Assembly (NCBI GenBank): GCA_045648725.1
Contig: JAZRON010000033.1
Span: forward strand, 5,165 to 69,164
From: Faecalimonas sp.
GTDB lineage: Bacteria > Bacillota > Clostridia > Lachnospirales > Lachnospiraceae
Length of the DNA: 64,000 bases
Direction: 5' to 3'
Shown here: piece after piece, positions 59,630 through 64,000 of the stretch
How the letters are laid out: each line of letters opens with the position of its first letter
Position numbering within the stretch: position 1 is the first letter of the stretch
Translations under genes and position numbers: made by a program
Notes under the pieces: model-generated
The model's database searches: none
What the model was told of the DNA's origin: nothing
What the model saw: only the letters and a program-made list of their open reading frames with translations

Positions 59630-59638
59630 TAACATTTA

Positions 59639-59675
59639 AAAGAAATAGCTACAAATGTAGCCACTTCTCTTTTTT
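59639..59675. terminator. Hairpin/terminator downstream of the GH25 gene
   Basis: AGAAATAGCTACA-AA-TGTAGCCACTTCT flanked by A/T runs. Confidence 0.6.
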
Positions 59676-59683
59676 ACTATTTA

Positions 59684-61387
59684 TTAATTCATTAGGTATG
59701 ATGTGATTGCATATACAATCTGTCCATTGTATTCCAATTTGGACCATCCATTTGTATGAACACCAATACGTCTTACATATTCTCCATTTTTTAGCAAGTG
59801 AACCACTTCTGAATTTTGTGTAGATGGATTAGAGCGTAAATTTGTTTCTTCTTTGGCAGTAACTTGTTCGTCTACTGTAGTAAATCCATCTGAGGTACTC
59901 GGTGTATCCGGTGTGTCAGGTGTTTCCGGCTGAGATACCACTTCATTACTCAGATAACTTGTTACGGCATAGACGGTTTGACCATTATAGTTTAATCTGG
60001 ACCAACCTTTATCACTTACTGCTGTGCGTGTAAGAAAATCTCCACTCACAAGTTTTCCTATAATTTCACTATCTGTTGTTGGCAGTGAACGTAGATTCAC
60101 CTCTTCTTTTGCTGTTACGCTATCGTTCTTTGGTGAAAAGGTATGGCCGGAAACCACATCTTTCACAGGAGTCTGTGGTTCTGGAGTCTTAACCGTCAAA
60201 TCAGTGGTTAAATAACTTGTAATTGCATAAACTATTTGTCCATTATATTGTAACTTTGACCATCCATTAGAGCCTATTCCAACTCTTGTTACTGTTTCAC
60301 CATTTTTCAACGCAACAACAATATCACTTTTAGTCGTAGCACTTTTTCTTAAATTAGTCACTTCTTTTGCAGTGACCGTTTCATTTACATTTTTATATAA
60401 TTTTTCTTCATCTGTTAACGGTGCTTTTGCCGCCTCTGGTGTTGCATTCTTGTTTTTGGGTTTTGCTTTTTCACTCTTGAAATAACAAACAACCATATCT
60501 ACATTTCCGGAAACGCCATCAACACTTCCTTTGTTTGTATATTGCCATGCATGAAAATTACGGTTATAATCCGGTGCACTCTTATCTGGATAGGTGATAG
60601 ATGGGTATTGTGCAACCCAAACTTTATATTCCTTTTCAATTTTGGCAATATTCCAATCAGCAGAATCCTTTAGTTCATTCAATGCACCGTAAAACATGGC
60701 ATCATAACCTGCACTTTTTGTTTCATTTAGAAATGCAAGCGCATTATTTGTTCTTTCTTCATTGTCCAAAGAATGCATACGACTATCTGCTCGTTTAAAT
60801 CCTTCACAGTCATAAACAACCGGATAAGAAATGCTATAGCCCTCAATTGCTTGCGCAGTCCATTGAGCCTCTTCTACTGCTTCTGTCTCACTGATTGCTG
60901 TAGAAAAGAAGTATACTCCTACCAGAATATCTGCTTTTTGTGCTTGTTGAATATTGTAATCTGCATTGTCATCTTTGTAGATGATGCCATTTTCACCACG
61001 ATATCCTATACGAATAAATGCAAAATCAATACCACTTTGTTTTACCTTTTTCCAATCAATTTTCCCTTGCCATTTCGAAACATCAATACCGTTTGTGCGG
61101 TCTTTACCTGCCACTAATTCTTCTGCATCCACAATTGCTCCGATTTCATCCGTAAGTTCTAGATTTTCAGGATCCATTTCTGCATCACCGGTTGTTGATG
61201 TATCATATTTTTCGGTCGAAGAAGATACATTTTTGCTATTTGATTCTTCTTTACCTGGTTTTAAAACAATTATGAGAACTACAATAATTGCAATAAGAAT
61301 TCCAACAATGCCTGCTAACAATAATATTTTTTTCTTATTTCGATCAGAGTTATTTAATTTATCCAGAATCATTTTATCATCATTCAT
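59684..61387 (-). CDS. Membrane-anchored GH25 muramidase with three SH3b repeats
   Basis: GIDVSKWQG, YDCE, WQYT and VDM motifs; three VTAKE..NLR...NGWS.L.YNGQ.VYA.TSYL repeats. Confidence 0.92.
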   Translation of the reverse strand: MNDDKMILDKLNNSDRNKKKILLLAGIVGILIAIIVVLIIVLKPGKEESNSKNVSSSTEKYDTSTTGDAEMDPENLELTDEIGAIVDAEELVAGKDRTNGIDVSKWQGKIDWKKVKQSGIDFAFIRIGYRGENGIIYKDDNADYNIQQAQKADILVGVYFFSTAISETEAVEEAQWTAQAIEGYSISYPVVYDCEGFKRADSRMHSLDNEERTNNALAFLNETKSAGYDAMFYGALNELKDSADWNIAKIEKEYKVWVAQYPSITYPDKSAPDYNRNFHAWQYTNKGSVDGVSGNVDMVVCYFKSEKAKPKNKNATPEAAKAPLTDEEKLYKNVNETVTAKEVTNLRKSATTKSDIVVALKNGETVTRVGIGSNGWSKLQYNGQIVYAITSYLTTDLTVKTPEPQTPVKDVVSGHTFSPKNDSVTAKEEVNLRSLPTTDSEIIGKLVSGDFLTRTAVSDKGWSRLNYNGQTVYAVTSYLSNEVVSQPETPDTPDTPSTSDGFTTVDEQVTAKEETNLRSNPSTQNSEVVHLLKNGEYVRRIGVHTNGWSKLEYNGQIVYAITSYLMN

Positions 61388-61418
61388 TTACATTCACTCC
61401 CATCATGCAAAATTATAT

Positions 61419-61865
61419 CTATAGTTTTTCCGAATCTAACACGATTGTAAATGGGCCATCATTAATTAAACTAACTTTCATATCAGCTCCAAAACTTCCC
61501 TGCTCCACAACCGGAACAGATTCTTTACATTTATTTATGATATACTCATACAACTCTTCTGCTAAATCTGGCGCGCCCGACTCAGTAAAACTTGGTCTGT
61601 TGCCTTTCTTACAATTTGCATAGAGTGTAAACTGCGAAATCAGAAGTAATTCACCATTTACGTCTGCAAGTGAAAGATTTGTTTTACCATTTTCGTCTTC
61701 AAAAATACGAAGACCTATCATCTTCTTCACCATTTTGTCGGCAATTTCTTTCGTATCTTCCTGACCAACACCAATCAGAACCATAAATCCTTTTCCGATT
61801 TGCCCAATTGTGTCACCATCAACTTTTACTGATGATTCAAGTACTCTTTGTATTACAAATTTCAT
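61419..61865 (-). CDS. dtd: D-aminoacyl-tRNA deacylase
   Basis: VIQRV, SQFTL and NDGPFT motifs. Confidence 0.96.
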   Translation of the reverse strand: MKFVIQRVLESSVKVDGDTIGQIGKGFMVLIGVGQEDTKEIADKMVKKMIGLRIFEDENGKTNLSLADVNGELLLISQFTLYANCKKGNRPSFTESGAPDLAEELYEYIINKCKESVPVVEQGSFGADMKVSLINDGPFTIVLDSEKL

Positions 61866-61875
61866 AAAGTTCCTC

Positions 61876-63177
61876 CTACTTTCTATCGGTTTCTTTTAAC
61901 ATACGAAATACAAATATCAACACAAACCAGATTGCAACGGCTGCAAATAATGCAGCAATAAAAATATTCTGATTTGGTATAAAAGAATATGTACCATCGT
62001 TATTTATAACCTGCTTGGCATCTTTTAAAACAGCAGCACCAATTGCAGGACCAATAATTCCCGGAATCAATACTTGGCCGACAATACGCAGACCTTGAAA
62101 CATTCCGGTACGATTTTGTGGTGTATAATCACGTAACATGGCACCAAACACGGCCATATTTGTTAAATATCCACTCATCATAAACAAAGAGCCAACGAAA
62201 ACCATGATTAAATTCGTGAAAGAAGCTAAAATCAAGTATCCCAGCATTAGCATTCCGATAGATGGAATAACTGCTTTCTTGAAATGGAATTTGTCGTATA
62301 CTCTCCCATAGAATGCGGTCACAATTGCAGCAACAATCACAGCCGGTGCCATTATTAAGACATAATTGCTTAATTTCAATGAAACATCATAATATAGAAT
62401 CAAATATGGCATAAAAATCTGTATGGAAATGTTAAACACAGCGTATGCCAGCAATACAACATAATACATTCTATTATTTTTTATTACAGATGGTCTGAAT
62501 CCATAAAATATATTTTTAAAATAGTTTTGATTCTGAGATACATCTACCGGTTTATCTTGAATCAAAAAGATACCCAGAACTCCAAGTAAAAATACAACAA
62601 TTCCGATTATCTTAAATATTGTTATCCAACTTGTTTCAAGATCTAAATCAAAAGACATAAATCCACCAAATACAACTAAAATTGCAACAAGTGGCATCAT
62701 AGAATTAATTCCCTCTGCTGCCCCACGATTGGTATCATCGGTTACATCCGTAAGCCATGCATTAAAACATGCGTCATTTGCAGCGGAACCAAAGAAAGTC
62801 ATTACACAATCTAAAATTATAACCAAAGAAACACCTACTGCTGCGGCGGAAACTGCCATTGGAAATAGTTGATTAATTACATCCTCGCGAATAAGTGAAA
62901 AACTCCAAATGGAAACGCCCCATAACATATAACCACTACAAATAAAAAGTTTTCGTTTCCCTAGTTTATCCGAAAGTGCACCAATTAACAACGTTGTAAC
63001 TGTAGCAGCTATAGAACTTGCACCTACCATTAAGGAAATCTCAGCCGCGCTAGCATTGAACATTTTATAAATAAATACATTAAAATACATATTTTCTACA
63101 ACCCAGGCAACTTGCCCAATCAAACTAAAAATGGTTAAAGCCGCCCAAAATTTAGGGGACATCTTTGTTTTCTCCAT
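61876..63177 (-). CDS. MFS transporter
   Basis: [11 protein letters not shown] motif A; about 12 TM helices; GGAG RBS before MEKTK. Confidence 0.9.
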   Translation of the reverse strand: MEKTKMSPKFWAALTIFSLIGQVAWVVENMYFNVFIYKMFNASAAEISLMVGASSIAATVTTLLIGALSDKLGKRKLFICSGYMLWGVSIWSFSLIREDVINQLFPMAVSAAAVGVSLVIILDCVMTFFGSAANDACFNAWLTDVTDDTNRGAAEGINSMMPLVAILVVFGGFMSFDLDLETSWITIFKIIGIVVFLLGVLGIFLIQDKPVDVSQNQNYFKNIFYGFRPSVIKNNRMYYVVLLAYAVFNISIQIFMPYLILYYDVSLKLSNYVLIMAPAVIVAAIVTAFYGRVYDKFHFKKAVIPSIGMLMLGYLILASFTNLIMVFVGSLFMMSGYLTNMAVFGAMLRDYTPQNRTGMFQGLRIVGQVLIPGIIGPAIGAAVLKDAKQVINNDGTYSFIPNQNIFIAALFAAVAIWFVLIFVFRMLKETDRK

Positions 63178-63322
63178 ACAATACTCCTTTCCCGAACTTG
63201 GATTTAAACATGAAAATATTATATCACACGGGTATATGAACCTCAACTTGATTCTTTGCTTGTTTTATGATGAAAAATAGGTTAAGATAAGCAAAGAATA
63301 ATTTTCGAAAGGATTTACATAG

Positions 63323-64000
63323 ATGAAATTACAACAATTACTGAGTTATACAAGAAAAGCAGTTGATGATTATCAGATGATTGAAGATGGGGATCATATT
63401 GCAGTTGGAATATCCGGAGGAAAAGACAGCCTAACTTTACTCTATGCATTAAACGGGCTAAAACGCTTTTATCCGAAGAAATTTGAACTAAGTGCAATAA
63501 CTGTTGACCTAGGTTATGAAAAGTTCGACACGAGCGAATTAGCGCTGTTATGTGAAGAATTGGGAGTTCCTTATCGTGTGGTAAAGACAGATATTGCCCA
63601 TATTTTGTTTGAAGAACGAAAGGAAACCAATCCTTGCTCTCTTTGTGCAAAAATGCGCAAAGGCGCATTGAATGATGCGGTAAAAGAAATGTGTTGTAAT
63701 AAAGTTGCATATGCCCATCACAAAGATGACATTATTGAAACGATGCTACTCTCTCTTATCTTTGAGGGAAGATTTCACTCATTTTCACCAAAGACTTACC
63801 TGGATCGTATGGATTTAACTGTAATTCGTCCAATGATGTATGTGGATGAAGCAGATGTAATTGGTTTTCAACACAAATATAATTTACCTGTTGCAAAAAG
63901 CAGATGCCCTATTGATGGGTTAACGAAACGTGAGTATGCCAAGGATTTAGTTAAGCAGCTAAACCGAGAGCATCCTGGGGCAAAAAATCGAATGTTTACT
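63323..64000 (+). CDS. ttcA: TtcA-family tRNA thiolation protein, 3' end outside the window (absent from the ORF track)
   Basis: Manual translation MKLQQLLSYTRKAV.. with SGGKDS PP-loop, PCSLCAKMRKG, HHKDD and IRP. Confidence 0.9.
   Translation, partial: MKLQQLLSYTRKAVDDYQMIEDGDHIAVGISGGKDSLTLLYALNGLKRFYPKKFELSAITVDLGYEKFDTSELALLCEELGVPYRVVKTDIAHILFEERKETNPCSLCAKMRKGALNDAVKEMCCNKVAYAHHKDDIIETMLLSLIFEGRFHSFSPKTYLDRMDLTVIRPMMYVDEADVIGFQHKYNLPVAKSRCPIDGLTKREYAKDLVKQLNREHPGAKNRMFT

Noticed and set aside
59690-60400. Three long repeated DNA segments and short GGTGT repeats
   Set aside because: They encode the SH3b repeats and the PDT linker of the GH25 protein; this is not a CRISPR array.
63315-63710. 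131-aa minus-strand ORF, and the many other antisense ORFs in the track
   Set aside because: These are shadow frames of well-supported genes (here ttcA) with no motifs or RBS.

Overview
This is a mostly ordinary core-chromosome segment of a low-GC, spore-forming Firmicute, with gene content and protein styles typical of Lachnospiraceae. In order it carries cmk-ispH-rpsA; rnfCDGEAB with apbE and an EetA/EetB-like pair; ruvAB-zapA-U32-SEDS/bPBP; rpmB/asp23/fakA/recG; SASP; rsmD-coaD; an RNA-modification cluster; recU; hisZGDB plus a HisF-like::HisIE fusion; TIGR03960/TIGR03936/rng; aspartate kinase; NlpC/P60; rplU-prp-rpmA-obgE-yhbY-nadD-yqeK-rsfS; lexA/yneA-like; a lipoprotein-MBOAT-DHHW trio; an ABC exporter; an XerS-like recombinase; GH25-SH3; dtd; MFS; and ttcA. 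I saw no rRNA, tRNA, CRISPR array, prophage or transposase. The best leads are: (1) a candidate difSL-like site at 59596-59629, directly upstream of the XerS-like gene, where gene orientation and apparent strand bias switch, suggesting the replication terminus; (2) a 143-bp non-coding element with perfect 18-bp terminal inverted repeats at 45598-45740; (3) an apparently catalytically dead HisF-like barrel fused to HisIE; (4) a putative flavin export/flavinylation module beside rnf. Family calls come from motif recognition by eye; no searches were run.
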